Assembly (NCBI GenBank): GCA_951406725.2
Contig: OX597814.1
Coordinates: forward strand, 223,944,001 to 224,008,000
DNA: 64,000 nucleotides
Reading direction: 5' to 3'
Source of the DNA: Octopus vulgaris
Taxonomy: Eukaryota
Under the pieces are notes generated by a model that worked only from the letters and a program-made list of their open reading frames with translations, was not told the DNA's origin and searched no databases. The translations under genes and the position numbers were made by a program. Of the stretch, positions 51,713 to 64,000 are shown one piece after another. The stretch's first letter is position 1, and the number at the start of each line of letters is the position of its first letter.

Positions 51713-51930
51713 AGGCAATGGCCTAGTGGTTAGGGCAGCGGACTCGCGGTCGCAGGATCGCGGTTTCGATTCTCAGACCGGGCGTTGTGTGTGTTTATTG
51801 AGCGAAAACACCTAAAAGCTCTACGAGGCTCCGGCAGAGGGGGGTGATCCCTGCTGTACTCTTTCACCACAATGGCGGTGCCCCAGCATGGCCACAGCTC
51901 AAGAGCTGAAACTGGAAAAACAAAAACAAA
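51713..51930 (+). mobile_element. Young tRNA-derived SINE with LINE-derived tail
   Basis: A box TGGCCTAGTGG, B box GTTTCGATTCT, CpG-rich. Tail AATGGCGGTGCCCCAGCATGGCCACAGCTCAAGAGCTGAAACTGG matches the LINE at 49075-49540. Confidence 0.85.
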
Positions 51931-53800
51931 ACAAACATATATATATATATATATATGTATGTACGTATATGTGTGTGTGTGTTTGTATGTATGTATCATT
52001 ATGTTTGTTCCCTATCACCACTAGACAACCATAACTTAACAATTCAGCATAAAACACCTATGGAACAAGTACTCAGCATAATAATAAAAAAGAAATAGTA
52101 CTAGGGTCAATTCATTCAAATAAAACTCTTCAAGGTAGTGCCCCAGCATGACCACAATCTAATGACAAAGACAAGTAAATGATATCAGATATAAAACAAC
52201 ACAAACATTACATAAATACATTATTCCAATGAATAAAGTGTTTATAGTAGTGATGTAAGCACTGCTGCTGCTGTTGCTGCTGGTGCTGGTGGTGGCAGCA
52301 GTGGAAAGCTATCTTTTGTTGTTGTTGTTTTTTATAAAACATGTTTCAAACAGTTTGTCACATACATGGCTTTTTTGTTGTATTCATGGCTTGTGCTTTT
52401 ATATTTATAACTATCTCAATGACCTTTGTCAGCTGTTATGTAGATAGATGGTCAATATAATGCTGGATTGTTAATTTATGGTTGTCTAGCAGTGGTGATA
52501 GGGAACAAACATAACAATACATACATACAGCACCCGGATTGTAAACTTCCTGTTCAAGGTATAAATTTGGGTAAGATATTTTGTGCGTGTGTGTGTGTGT
52601 GTTTGTATAACACACACATACACACACGTGTACATGCATATCCACATGCAAACGCATATGCATTAGATATGAATTAAAGGAACGCAAACACACACACACT
52701 ACAAACACGTTAATTATTTTTCTGAAGGATGCACAATTTTTTGCAAAACTTAGTCATGGAAAAGCAGTATGTATCAAGCATATCATCATTATTATTAATG
52801 TTTTGTGTGTGTGTGTGTGTGTGTGTAGGGGGAGAAACAGAAAGATGTTTGTATGTATGCATGTAATGGTGGATAGAAATGTATGTATGCATGTATGTGA
52901 AATGTATGTATGCATGAAATGGTGGATAGAAATTAAACTATTACAATATTTTCTTATTTAATGAGGAAAATGAGAAAAGAGTATGAAATAATTAACTTTC
53001 AGAAAATATATTTTCATCAGTAGATCAGATGAAGTCACAATCATATTGTACATAACTCACTCTACATGTATCAGTGTATATATATCACCATCATCATCCG
53101 ACGTCTACCTTCCATGAGTTGGACAGTTTGACAGGATCTGGCTGCGCAAAAGATTGCACCAAGCTTCAGTGTCTGTTTTGGCATGGTTTTTACAGCTGGA
53201 TGCCCTTCCCAACACCAACCGCCCTATAGAGAGGACTGGCTGTCCAAGAATTTGGACCTGGAGATATCCATTTCCAGCGACTTTGCAGGCCACCTCTCAG
53301 TGGTGTCGGGCGTCAACGAAGAGCCCTCGACTACAAGACAACCAAAGTTTTTTTTTCCCAAGTTCTGGGGTCTCCCACCCCTAAGCCCTAGACCATCACC
53401 TAATCACCCTTGCCTGTCTTGTTGCTTAACAACGACAACAACAAGAGAGGACTGTGTGCTTTTTATGTGGCACCAGCACAAGCAAAGGTCAGTTCTGGCA
53501 TGGTTTTTACAGTAGGATGTTCTTCCAAATGCCAACCACTTTACAGAATAAGTACAAGGTAAAATTACAACCTGCTTTTCTAGCAAGTTGATGCAGGTAG
53601 TTTATCCTGTCCTCCTCTGACTTTTAGTTCAGGCAATTGAAAAGAAACTGCATTATTTATGGGATGACCCAATAACTTGCAAGACAAAGATCCTTTAAGA
53701 GGGAAGAGGGCATTGGAGGAGGTGGTCTTGTGCCAAATGATGGAAGGTTGGAGTGTGACAGAGAAATAGAAACACATCTAAGTTATGAGTGTATGTGCAT

Positions 53801-53843
<43 letters not shown>

Positions 53844-54462
53844 GTGCCCCAGCATGGCCACAGCTCGTGAGCTGAAACTAGATAAAATTAAAAAAAAAAT
53901 TTTTTTAAATAAAATTAAATATATATACACACACACACACACACACACTGCTGAACACTCCTGTATCTAGATACCTCGTCATTTTAATGTTGACTTTCAG
54001 TGCTTGCATGGGTCACATGGATGATTTCATTGAGGAAGATAAAAATTTTTTAATATCTACTTTAAGCTTTTTTGCTACAGCCCCAGGCTAACCAAAGCCT
54101 TGTGAAAGAATTCAGCAGACAGAAGCCGTAGAAGCCCATCTAGCATGTGTGTGTGTGTGTGTGTGTGTGAGTGTTTGTGTCTTTTGGTCTTGACATCGCA
54201 TGACAGTTGTAAATGAGTGTCACTGACATACGAACAGCGTCATCGTTTCCAATAGTCTGTAAAAACATGTCCAGCCCCTAGTGGGAAATATAAACAGGTA
54301 AGGTTCAGCATCAAGAAGGGCCCACACAAGTAGGCATGGAAAAGACATTAAAACAATGAAGATGGTAAAAGTGCTGATTTGCATTGATGCAGAGTATATT
54401 AGCACATTAGGTTTCCCAGTAAATTTCTACCAAAGCCCTTCTCAATTCACTTGTATTCAATA

Positions 54463-54785
54463 CTAGCACTATGATCCGGCATATACATGCAAGTACTGTC
54501 CAAATCTCCGACCAATCACATACAGTTAGCTGGCATTCAATTGACGTATCAAGTTTCAGGCATTTTGATTGGGTTTAGGATAGAAAATTCACAAAAAAGT
54601 CACTTCTATTGATTTTTTTAATGGCTTTGCGGGGTGACTGGGGAAATGTAAAGATGTGCACGACCACCCTTGGATGGTTTTGAATGACCATAGAAAGTGC
54701 GAGCCCTCTAACTGAAAAATTGTGGATTTGTATAAAGGACACACATGCAGACATTTTGCCATTTATATATATAGAGAGAGAGAGA
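54463..54785 (-). mobile_element. Non-autonomous Helitron (second family)
   Basis: Minus strand starts A|TCTC...TATATATATAAATGGC and ends GCCGGATCATAGTGCTAG|T. Confidence 0.7.
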
Positions 54786-54968
54786 TGTTGCATGAGCCAG
54801 GCACACATATCTAACTAACCACTATGTAGTACTAATTTCAACTCACTAATCCTTGATCTCAGTTAATTTGTCTGTAGTCAGAGTCTGCAGACATAGAACC
54901 ATATTTTTGTTGGGATGAATAATAGTTCTAACTCTACCTACATTTTGCACATATATGTACAAATATAT

Positions 54969-55150
54969 AGGCGAGGGAGTGGCTGTGTGGTAAGTAGCTT
55001 GCATACCAACCACATGGTTCTGGGCTCAGTCCCACAGCGTGGCACCTTGGGCAAGTGTCTTCTACTATAGCCTCGGGCCAACCAAAGCCGTGTGAGTGGA
55101 TTTGGTAGACAGAAACTAAAAGAAGCCCATCGTATATATGTATGTATATA

Positions 55151-55193
<43 letters not shown>

Positions 55194-55412
55194 GTGTTTG
55201 TGTTTCTGTGTCTCTGTTTGTCCCCCCTCAAAATCGCTTGACAACTGATGCAAGCGTGTTTATGTTCCTCTAACTTAGCGGTTCGGCAAAAGAGACCGAT
55301 AGAATAAGTACTAGGCTTAGAAAGAATAAGTCCTGGGGTCGATTTGCTCGACTAAAGGCGGTGCTCCAGCATGGCCACAGTCAAATGACTGAAACAAGTA
55401 AAAGAGTAAAAG
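54969..55412 (+). mobile_element. CORE-like tRNA SINE
   Basis: Full-length copy. Confidence 0.9.
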
Positions 55413-55619
55413 CGATATATCTCAATATAATTCTCTCTTGCTTAACCAAGATCTTTTTGAAGTCCCAAGATCTTTTGAAGAAAATCAAAAATTTTAAATT
55501 ATTACATGCATGTCATTTTTAAAAATCTAAATAAAAAATGTAGTTTTAGCCTTAACTACTGAATATTGCATTTGTACATCCAGTCAAGAGACAGTATTCT
55601 GTTTACTTCATTTTAATTC

Positions 55620-56021
55620 ACCTGAGGCAAGCGAAAATGGACAAAATCAATAGCAAACTCGATGAACATTAATGGAATTTGTAGTTTTGTGGTACCAGTG
55701 CCGGTGGCACATATGAAAACCATCCGAACGTGGCCGTAGCCAGTACCGCATTGACTGGCCTCCATGCCGGTGGCACGTAAAAAACACCATCTGAGCGTAG
55801 CAGTTCGCCAGCCTCGTCTGGCACCTGTGTCGGTGGCACATAAAATCACCCACTACACTCTCGGAGTGGTTGGCGTTAGGAAGGACATCCAGCTATAGAA
55901 ACACTGCCAGATCTGACTGACCTGATGCAGCCTTCGGGCTTCCCAGACCCCAGTTGAACCGTCCAATCCATGCTAGCATGGAAGGCGGACGTTAAATGAT
56001 AATGATGATGATGATGATGAT
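55620..56021 (+). mobile_element. RTE LINE 3' UTR with three tandem GTGGCAC modules
   Basis: Modules at about 55698, 55764 and 55828; (GAT)n tail. Confidence 0.85.
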
Positions 56022-56361
56022 AATAAATCACATGATTTATGTGAGAAATATATAACTACAAGAAATGGTGTGAGCATAAACCACTGGATGTAAGTTACTT
56101 GCATTCAACTTTCTATTAGCAATATTCCTGATACAGCCTCCTTGTTCTATGGTATAAATTTCCTGTTTTAAAGAGAGCTGAAGTAAAACCTTCCATCAAA
56201 CTTTCATGTTATGTTCCAGCCACCATCTTAAAAAAATTCTTCAAGTTTTTACATAATCAACTGAAACAAAGTACAGTTCTATATTTAAGAGATGAGGAAT
56301 TATGTATGGTATTTACATTATTTACATTTGGTGGATATTTGTCCTCATCTTGGTTGTTGTT

Positions 56362-56408
56362 AACAACAACGTTTCGGCTGATATACCCTCCAGCCTTCAT
56401 CAGGTGTC
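56362..56408 (-). ncRNA. Minimal type I hammerhead ribozyme
   Basis: GACAC-CTGATGA-A-GGCTG-GAGGGTATAT-CAGCC-GAAA-CG-TT-GTTGTT: intact core, palindromic AACGTT stem III, one bulge in stem I. Confidence 0.75.
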
Positions 56409-56624
56409 TTGGGCAAATTTAGAACCTGGGATGAAGTTAAAATAGTAGACAGAGAACACCACTGGAAAATATATAAACTAAAAGAAGCAGTACATATGCT
56501 AGGACACAACAACCTCCTAAGCAGACCGAGTGCAGATATGAACAGCAAATGGGAACCAGTATTAAGGAAGGATAGGAGAACATTAGATTTATAAGCCTTA
56601 AAATTCACTCCATAATTGCCCACA

Positions 56625-56696
56625 GGCATATGGTGTAGTGGTTAAGAGCACAGGCTACTAACCCAAAGATTCTGAGTTTGATTCCAGGCAGTGACC
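56625..56696 (+). promoter_or_regulatory. tRNA-like Pol III A/B-box cassette inside the PLE
   Basis: GGCATA-TGGTGTAGTGG-TTAAGAGCACAGG-CTACTAA-CCCAAAGATTCT-GAGTTTGATTCC-AGGCAGTGACC: tRNA-length (72 nt) with A box, anticodon-like loop and B box (one mismatch), followed by (AAT)n. Confidence 0.7.
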
Positions 56697-56762
56697 TTAA
56701 TAATAACAATAATAATAATAATAACATCAAAAAATGAGAGTCCAGGTTCGAAATTTCCCCAA

Positions 56763-56808
56763 GATGCCTGATGAAGGCTGGAGGGTATATCAGCTGAAAC
56801 GTTGTGTT
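56763..56808 (+). ncRNA. Minimal type I hammerhead ribozyme
   Basis: GATGC-CTGATGA-A-GGCTG-GAGGGTATAT-CAGCT-GAAA-CG-TT-GTGTT: intact core, stems partly G.U. Confidence 0.75.
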
Positions 56809-57728
56809 AACAACAAACAAGATGCGGACAAATATCCGTCAATTGTAAATAATGTAAATAATGTAAGTGAAACAAAGTAGTCGTGGAGGTAGTGATGATG
56901 ACAAGATCGCAATTGACTGTATTTTCAATAGAAATACAATAACAAAAGAGTTTAAAACGTTTATAAGTATTCTAACTTAATCATTTAACATTTAAACAGG
57001 CCATATCTGGCCCAAATATTCTGTTTTGTGCTCAGTCAGATCCAGCCTCTCACACCTACCCTACAATGTCTTTCTAAAAGTAAACAATGATATCATCAAA
57101 ATCACTGAGCTACAAGATAATGCATGATTAACTCTTTAACATTTAAACCAGCCAAAATAATCCACCTGTTTTATCTTCAAACTGGCCAGATCTGGCCTCT
57201 CACACTTAACCTACAATGTTCTTCTGAAAATAAACAATCACATCACTGAAATCTCAAAGCTACAAGATAATGCACGACCAATTCAAATCAATGTGAATAA
57301 ATACACATTACATTTGATAGAGAAATCTAAATGCAAAAAGGTTTGAAGAATTTCAGAGACTAATCCTCAGTTAAAATACATTGTGTTTTAAGTGAATGGA
57401 TGATAGTTTAAGAATTCAGATACACAGAGTATCAAGCACAAAGAATCAGGTCAATTAATTATCCTAATTACCCAAAAGATAATAAAAATATAGTTGCTTG
57501 ATCATATAGACCAGTTATAAAAATTTAACTGAGTGTCCTATCTCTCACCTTCAAATGTTTTAATTATTTATTTATGAGAGGGTATTCATATATTGACGAA
57601 GGCCAGCAGGTGGGAATTCAAATAAATTACTTAGAAGTTTTCCGTGTATTTTACCTCTAAAAATTATTAAAGGAATGGAAAATTAATTTCTTGGATAAAG
57701 TGAATTTATTATTTATTGAGAGGGAGAG

Positions 57729-57770
<42 letters not shown>

Positions 57771-58940
57771 ATCATCATCATCATCATCATCATCCTCCTC
57801 CATCTTTCATGTTGGCACGGGCTGGACGATTTTCCAAAATCTAGTAAGCCAGAGAACTGCTTTGGCATGGTTTTATGAGTGGATGCCCTTCCTAATACCA
57901 ACTACTTTACAGAGTGGACTGGGTGCTTTTTTGCATGGCAACAGCACTGGCGAGGTCACCAAGTAACTTACATGACAAGGATACCTCAGCTGAGAGGAGG
58001 AGAACAGGTAAAGAAGGAGGTAGTTTTGTGTCCAGTGATGAGAGGTCAGAGTATGACAAAGGAACAGAGACAAGTATTTTGCCGCAGAGGAAATACATGG
58101 TTACCCCAATGAGAGAGAGAGAGAGAGAGAGAAATGTTGGTGATGTGCCAGGACATACTCTCAAGGTACAAGGATGTGAATATAAATGGAATGGTAGCAG
58201 ATTTCCCAGGGTGTGTGAGTGGGGAGTTCATGAAAGTGCAAAATATAGAACATCATTGAAACATCAAGATTGATAACTGACTTCAAGAGTGGAAAGAATC
58301 CCACAGCCACGTACCTTGTCCAAAAAGACAATGCCTGCTCTAAGGTTTGGCTTCAGGAACACCAAATCAGGAAATTAGTATCTCAATATAATAGTTATCA
58401 GTATTTCATAACATACATTTTACTTAGTACAAACAGTAAAAGAAATCAATTCCTCTCACATTTTGAAGGTGGTACTCCAGTATGGCTTTGGTTATGGTAA
58501 ACTATGCAACCTTATGGGGAAGAATGCAGGGTTTCTATTCTGTTCTTCCTCCCCTGCATCTGAACAAAGTGAACTATCCTTAGCCTTGGATCTCTGGTCC
58601 AAGGATCTCTGACATGGTAGGAGTCATACCAATATTTAAGTACTTTTCTGGGATAGCCAAATTTTATTTATTTATTTACACACAAACAGACTGACAGACA
58701 CAGACATATATGTATGTTATCATCCTTTTAAAATCAACTTCACAGTGTTTTCATAGTCAGATGAGATTCAGTGAGGCAGATCTTCTACAGTTGGATGCTT
58801 CTCCTATCACCAACCAGCATCTGTTTCCAAGCAACAGTATCCCCCTCCCCCACTAGTCTGGACATGTTCTTCAGAAGAGCTGCAAATAAACATTACTTCT
58901 TGTAGGAATGTAAAGTTTGTTTACAGTACCTACACGATGT

Positions 58941-59103
58941 AGGCACAGGAGTGGCTGTGTGGTAAGTAGCTTGCTAACCAACCACATGGTTCCGGGTTCA
59001 GTCCCACTGCGTGGCATCTTGGGCAAGTGTCTTCTGCTATAGCCCCGAGCCGACCAATGCCTTGTGAGTGGATTTGGTAGACGGAAACTGAAAGAAGCCT
59101 GTC

Positions 59104-59153
<50 letters not shown>

Positions 59154-59354
59154 TTGTGTGTCTGTGTTTGTCCCCTAGCATTGCTTGACAACCGATGCTG
59201 GTGTGTTTACATCTCCGTCACTTAGTGATTCGGCAAAAGTGACCGATAGAATAAGTACTGGGCTTACAAAGAATAAGTCCCGGGGTCGATTTGCTCGACT
59301 AAAGACGGTGTTCCAGCATGGCCACAGTCAAATGACTGAAACAAAGTAAAAGAG
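58941..59354 (+). mobile_element. CORE-like tRNA SINE
   Basis: Full-length copy. Confidence 0.9.
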
Positions 59355-59555
59355 ATGTCAAGACAAGGGAAAAAAAAAACTGGAAATAGGCTTCTCGTGT
59401 GTGTGTGGCCTATTTTCAGTTTCTGGGTACCAAAACCACGCTTTGGTTGGTGGAGCCATCACTGTAGTAAAAGACACCTACCTAAAGTACCGTGCAGTGG
59501 AACTAAACCCAAAACCACATGGTTGGGAAACAAACTTCTTAACCATACTGCTAAG

Positions 59556-59600
<45 letters not shown>

Positions 59601-59807
59601 CATATACAAAGGTCTGGTTTAGCTGTATCAGACTCAAGTCTTATCTTCTTGTAAAAATGCCACAACAATGAAAGAGGTTAAACTAACAGCTTGATTCACT
59701 CAGTTAAATGTTTTGAAGTACATTAAGCTTACAACTGTATTCCTCCCTTCCTCTCTCTCTCTCTCTCATCTTCTAACACCAGACATCTTCAACAATTTAA
59801 AACTTAC

Positions 59808-60180
59808 TCTTTTACTAGTTTCAGTCATTTGACTGCGGCCATGCTGGAGCACCGCCTTTAGTCGAGCAACTCGACCCCGGGACTTATTCTTTTTGTAAGC
59901 CCAGTCTCTTTTTGTCGAACCGCCAAGTGACGAGGACACAAACACACCAGCATCGGTTGTCAAGCAATGCTAGGGGGACAAACACAGACACACAAACACA
60001 CACATACATATATATATATATATACATATGTATGTGTAATAATGCCCTCTATATATAAATTAATATGTTCAATAAGAAAGAATTATTTTAGAAATTTTTC
60101 TCTTATGAGGTTTTTCACGCTATCTACCTGATAATTTCTTGTTAAGATTCCTTATTAAGAAGTTATCCTTAATTGTTAAA

Positions 60181-60223
<43 letters not shown>

Positions 60224-60470
60224 GGAGTGGTGCGTTAGGAAGGCATCAGCCGTAGAAACACTGCCAGATTTGACTGGGCCTATATACGACAGGCTTCTTT
60301 GATGATGATGATGACGACAGGCTTTTTCCGTCTACCAAATCCACTCACAAGGCATTGGTCGGCCCGGGGCTATAGCAGAAAACACTTGCCCAAGGTGCCA
60401 CGCAGTGGGACTGAACCCGGAACCATGTGGTTGGTTAGCAAGCTACTTACCACACAGCCACTCCTGCGCC
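59808..60470 (-). mobile_element. CORE-like SINE interrupted in its (TA)n by an AT-rich insert and a garbled RTE tail
   Basis: Tail at about 59808-60030, head at about 60315-60470. Confidence 0.7.
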
Positions 60471-60865
60471 TTGTTTTATAATTATATATATATATGTATG
60501 TATGTATAAAAGCTAGGACCATTCCTTTTTGCCTATCCTTCTGTTCTACCCTCCATGACCATCACACAGTATTCAAGGGAATTAAGTCACACTGACACAA
60601 GTGATTGAGACTATAGAGCAAAAAACATGATCCCTTTGTATATATCTTATATTGTTTGCTAGGATAAACTTACAACCTACAAATTAATGTCTTTGAAGCT
60701 TCTTCCCTTTCCTCCCTTAGACTAATATTTCACAAATTCAGCTACGGTGACACTTTGACTCGCCAGTAACATTAGATATATACACAAAGTGACCCAGATA
60801 AGGCTGACTTTATTTGGTCATGTATCAAATATTATTCATATTCATTAGAATACAGTATTTACATG

Positions 60866-60939
<74 letters not shown>

Positions 60940-61446
60940 TAAGTAAGTATGGAATTTTCATAACTTTATCCATTTTGCAATTTTAAGCATTTATAATTTT
61001 ATACTTATGTGCACGTATGGTTGTGTGGATTAAGAAATATCTTTCCCAGCCACATGGTTTTGGGTTCAGTCTCACTGAACGGCACCTTGGGTAAATGTCT
61101 TCTACTATAGCCCCTGGTAGATCAAAGCTTTCTGAGTGGATTTGGTAGACAGTGTGTGCGTGTGAGAGAGAGTGAGTGAGTGAGTGAGTGTGAGTGGTAC
61201 TGTTTTGTTGCCTTGACATCAAATAATAATTGTAAATGAATGTCACTAACATACAAGTGATGTCCTTTATATGCTGTCTTCTGCGTCTGGCATGGGGAAA
61301 TATTGCCTTACTCAGAAACAGGTGAAGGTTAATGACAGGAAGAGCATCTGGTTGTAGAAGTTCCACCTCAATAAATTCCATTTGAGCCATGCAAGCATAG
61401 AAAACTGCACTTTAAAACAATGATGATAATTGTAACTGTAAGTTAG

Positions 61447-61676
61447 TTATTTTCTATTGCCCACAGGGGGCTAAACATAGAGGGGACAAACAAGGATAGA
61501 CAAAGGGATTAAGTCGATTACATCAACCCCAGTGCATACTGATACTTATTTATCGACCCCCAAAAGGATGTAAGGCAAAGTCGACCTTGGTGGAATTTGA
61601 ACTCAGAACGTAACAGCGGACAAAATACTGCTAAGCATTTTGCCTGGTGTGCTAACGATTCTGCCAGCTCGCCGCC
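61447..61676 (-). mobile_element. Meta-like tRNA SINE
   Basis: Full-length copy flanked by AACTG(T/C)AAGTTAGTTATT. Confidence 0.85.
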
Positions 61677-62210
61677 CAACTGCAAGTTAGTTATTGCATA
61701 GAATACTTCATGGTATTGACCATACCTGATGGCATAAAAGATGCACAGGCATATCAGGTGCATCCCAATTTCTGCAGCAAGAAATCAGGAAAAAATGTTC
61801 TTAGTGAATTTCTATTTCTCTTACTGTTGTTGCAGATTCCCATGACTCTCTGCCACTGCCCAATTCCATTCTTATGAATTTGAATTGGGAGCTTGAGTCA
61901 TAGTGACTCTTTCATTAGCTGATTCCACAACCACAGATGCCACCCCTCCCCTATGGAAGCATTGTAGTTACTCTCTTGATAGAGCTTGCTGATCTTGACC
62001 ATTGATCTTCCAGGATTCTTCCACTCAGCACCAATGTAAGAAGCACTGTTGGCTCAGTTGAGCTCTTCCACTACCTCTTCACAATCTGCAGTCCCATGAT
62101 TTCACCACATCCCAGTGCCAGAGTGGCTGAAAGGGTGCTAGGCCTTGCCAAAGGGCAGCCCATAACTATGCAAGCACAGTAGGCACTCTATAAGGTATTT
62201 GTAAAATACC

Positions 62211-62442
62211 TATTTCTTTACTACCCACAAGGAGCTAAACACAGAGGGGACAAACAAGGACAGACAGACGGATTAAGTCGATTATATCGACCCCAATGCG
62301 TAACTGGTCCTTAATTTATCAACCCCGAAAGGATGAAAGGCAAAGTCGACCTCAGCGGAATTTGAACTCAGAATGTAACGGCAAACGAAATACGGCTACG
62401 TATTTCGCCCGGTGTGCTAATATTTCTGCCAGTTCGCCGCCT
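62211..62442 (-). mobile_element. Meta-like tRNA SINE
   Basis: Full-length copy flanked by TAAAATACCT. Confidence 0.85.
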
Positions 62443-62714
62443 TTTAAAATACCTGCATAGCTTGAGCATTAAAGCATGTAAATTAGGCATAACCTTACAT
62501 ATAGAACCAAGGTTGATTTTTTTTTTTTTTAAATATCTTTTTGGGGAAATAAACGTGCATTTTATACTGTGCCATGAATGATGGGGTTTCAACTACATGC
62601 ACTCTAAGTTCAATCAAACTTTTACCTTTCATCCTTTTGAGGCTTGTTGATGAAAGACTTTGTTGCTGCAGCCTGGGTTGGAACCCAGCCATCATAAAAA
62701 TGACAATAATGATT

Positions 62715-63108
62715 TCAAATTTTGCCACAAGGGCAGCAACTTTTGGGGAGGGGACTAGTTGATTATATCAACCCCAGTGTTTCACTGATACTTAATTTAT
62801 CAACCCCAAAAGGATGAAAGGCAAAATCAACCTTGGTGGAATTTGAACTCAGAACGTAGCAATGGGTGAAATACCTATTTCTTTACTACCCACAAGGGGA
62901 GACACACAGAGGGGACAAACAAGGACAGACAAATGGATTAAGTCAATTATATCAACCCCAGTGCGTAACTGATACTTATTTAATTGACCCTGAAAGGATG
63001 AAAGGCAAAGTCAACCTCGGCGGAATTTGAACTCAGAACGTAACGGCAGACGAAATACCGCTAAGCATTTCACCGGGTGTGCTAACGGTTCTGTCAGCTT
63101 ACCACCTT
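62715..63108 (-). mobile_element. Meta-like SINE chimera: head, body with tail A, body with tail B
   Basis: Junction GAAATACCTATTTC at about 62868-62881. The distal body carries the alternative CCCCTCCCCCAAAA tail. Confidence 0.8.
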
Positions 63109-64000
63109 ATCAGTATCATCATCATGATCATCATAATGAGGAGGAGGAGGAGGAGAAGGATAATGAAAGAACAAACCCAGGGTAAGTGGATTAGCAGAAT
63201 TGTTAGAAGGTCAAGCAAAATGCCCTTGTGAAAATTATTTTTGCTTTATGTGTTGATAGAAACAACTGAGATGGCCATTGGTGACAAATTGTGCTGGTTT
63301 CAATTGGCAAGCCATCTCTTGGATAAACATCAGTGGTGTGAACAGGAAGGAGAAACTCGGCTGCATAAGTGACAACAAGTCTGCCTCAAAATGTCTTGTC
63401 CAGGTTTGCACACATACTTACAAGGCATTGGTCAGCCTGGGGCTATAGTTAATAGAAGACACTTTCTCAAGTGGTACAGTGGTACAGTGGGACTGAACCC
63501 GAAACAACATAGCTGGGTGAATTATTTTAACTACACAACAATACCTGCACATACATCATCATCATCATCATCATCATCATTATTATCATCATTTTAATGT
63601 TCACTTTTCCATGTTTGCATGGATCAGATGGAATTCAACTGAGGCAGATTTTGATTATTTTTTTTTTACAACCAAGATGTCCTCCCTGTCATCAAGCAAA
63701 GTAATAAATAAATGCTTCCTCATGACCAGATAAGGTTTTATGAAGACAGGAAACGAATGACAACACTTGTATGATGATGATACTCATAACTATCACATAG
63801 TCAAAATAAGTATACACATGCATGCACACGCACTATATTATGTGTTTGTGTATATATATATATATATATGATGGGCTCATTTCAGTTTTCATCTACCCAA
63901 TCCACTCAAGAATTTGGTCCGCCTGGGGTTATATTAGAAAATGTGCTGTGTTGTCATGCAGTGGAACTGAGCCCAAAAACACATAGTTGGAAAGCAAACT

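Larger units (their letters stand above)
51091..52190 (+). mobile_element. CORE-like SINE split by nested insertions in its (TA)n
   Basis: Head at about 51091-51298 and tail at about 51940-52190, with a PLE palindrome and a second SINE between them. Confidence 0.75.
56274..56867 (+). mobile_element. 5'-inverted Penelope-like retroelement with 12-bp TSD
   Basis: TGAAACAAAGTA at 56262-56273 and 56868-56879. Order: inverted pLTR (56274-56429), ORF end WDEVKIVDREHHWKIYKLKEAVHMLGHNNLLSR (resembles PLE GIY-YIG C-termini), tRNA-like cassette, direct pLTR. Confidence 0.85.

Noticed and set aside
56625-56696. Functional tRNA-Ser(ACT) gene
   Set aside because: Acceptor, anticodon and T stems pair poorly, and there is no long variable arm; treated as a tRNA-derived cassette.

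Overview
Eukaryotic, AT-rich, repeat-saturated DNA. The SINE/LINE repertoire and the dense (TA)n/(CA)n/(CAT)n microsatellites match what I recognise from Octopus (coleoid cephalopod); the taxon is inferred. I found one confident host exon: a 131-nt internal exon of a laminin gamma-1 (LAMC1/LanB2) gene on the minus strand (18694-18824, end of the LN domain). Neither neighbouring laminin exon was found by eye, so most of the window is probably intron (>45 kb upstream, >18 kb downstream). The rest is tRNA-derived SINEs (CORE-like, Meta-like and others), 3' fragments of RTE and CR1-type LINEs, a DD37D/maT remnant, non-autonomous Helitrons, several MITEs, and Penelope-like (PLE) fragments carrying minimal hammerhead ribozyme (HHR) motifs. 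Almost all ORFs in the supplied track are artefacts of microsatellites or SINEs. Best leads: (1) a TSD-flanked PLE composite with a tRNA-like Pol III cassette just upstream of its hammerhead; (2) a hammerhead family with an apparent natural G3-C8 swap in the catalytic core; (3) palindromes in which each ribozyme is preceded by its own antisense copy; (4) a 5'-truncated intron-containing tRNA-Lys(UUU); (5) a candidate 18-nt neural-type microexon at the laminin LN/LE junction; (6) tandem H-type pseudoknot modules in the RTE 3' UTR. All calls are by eye, and repeat boundaries are approximate unless a TSD or TIR is quoted.
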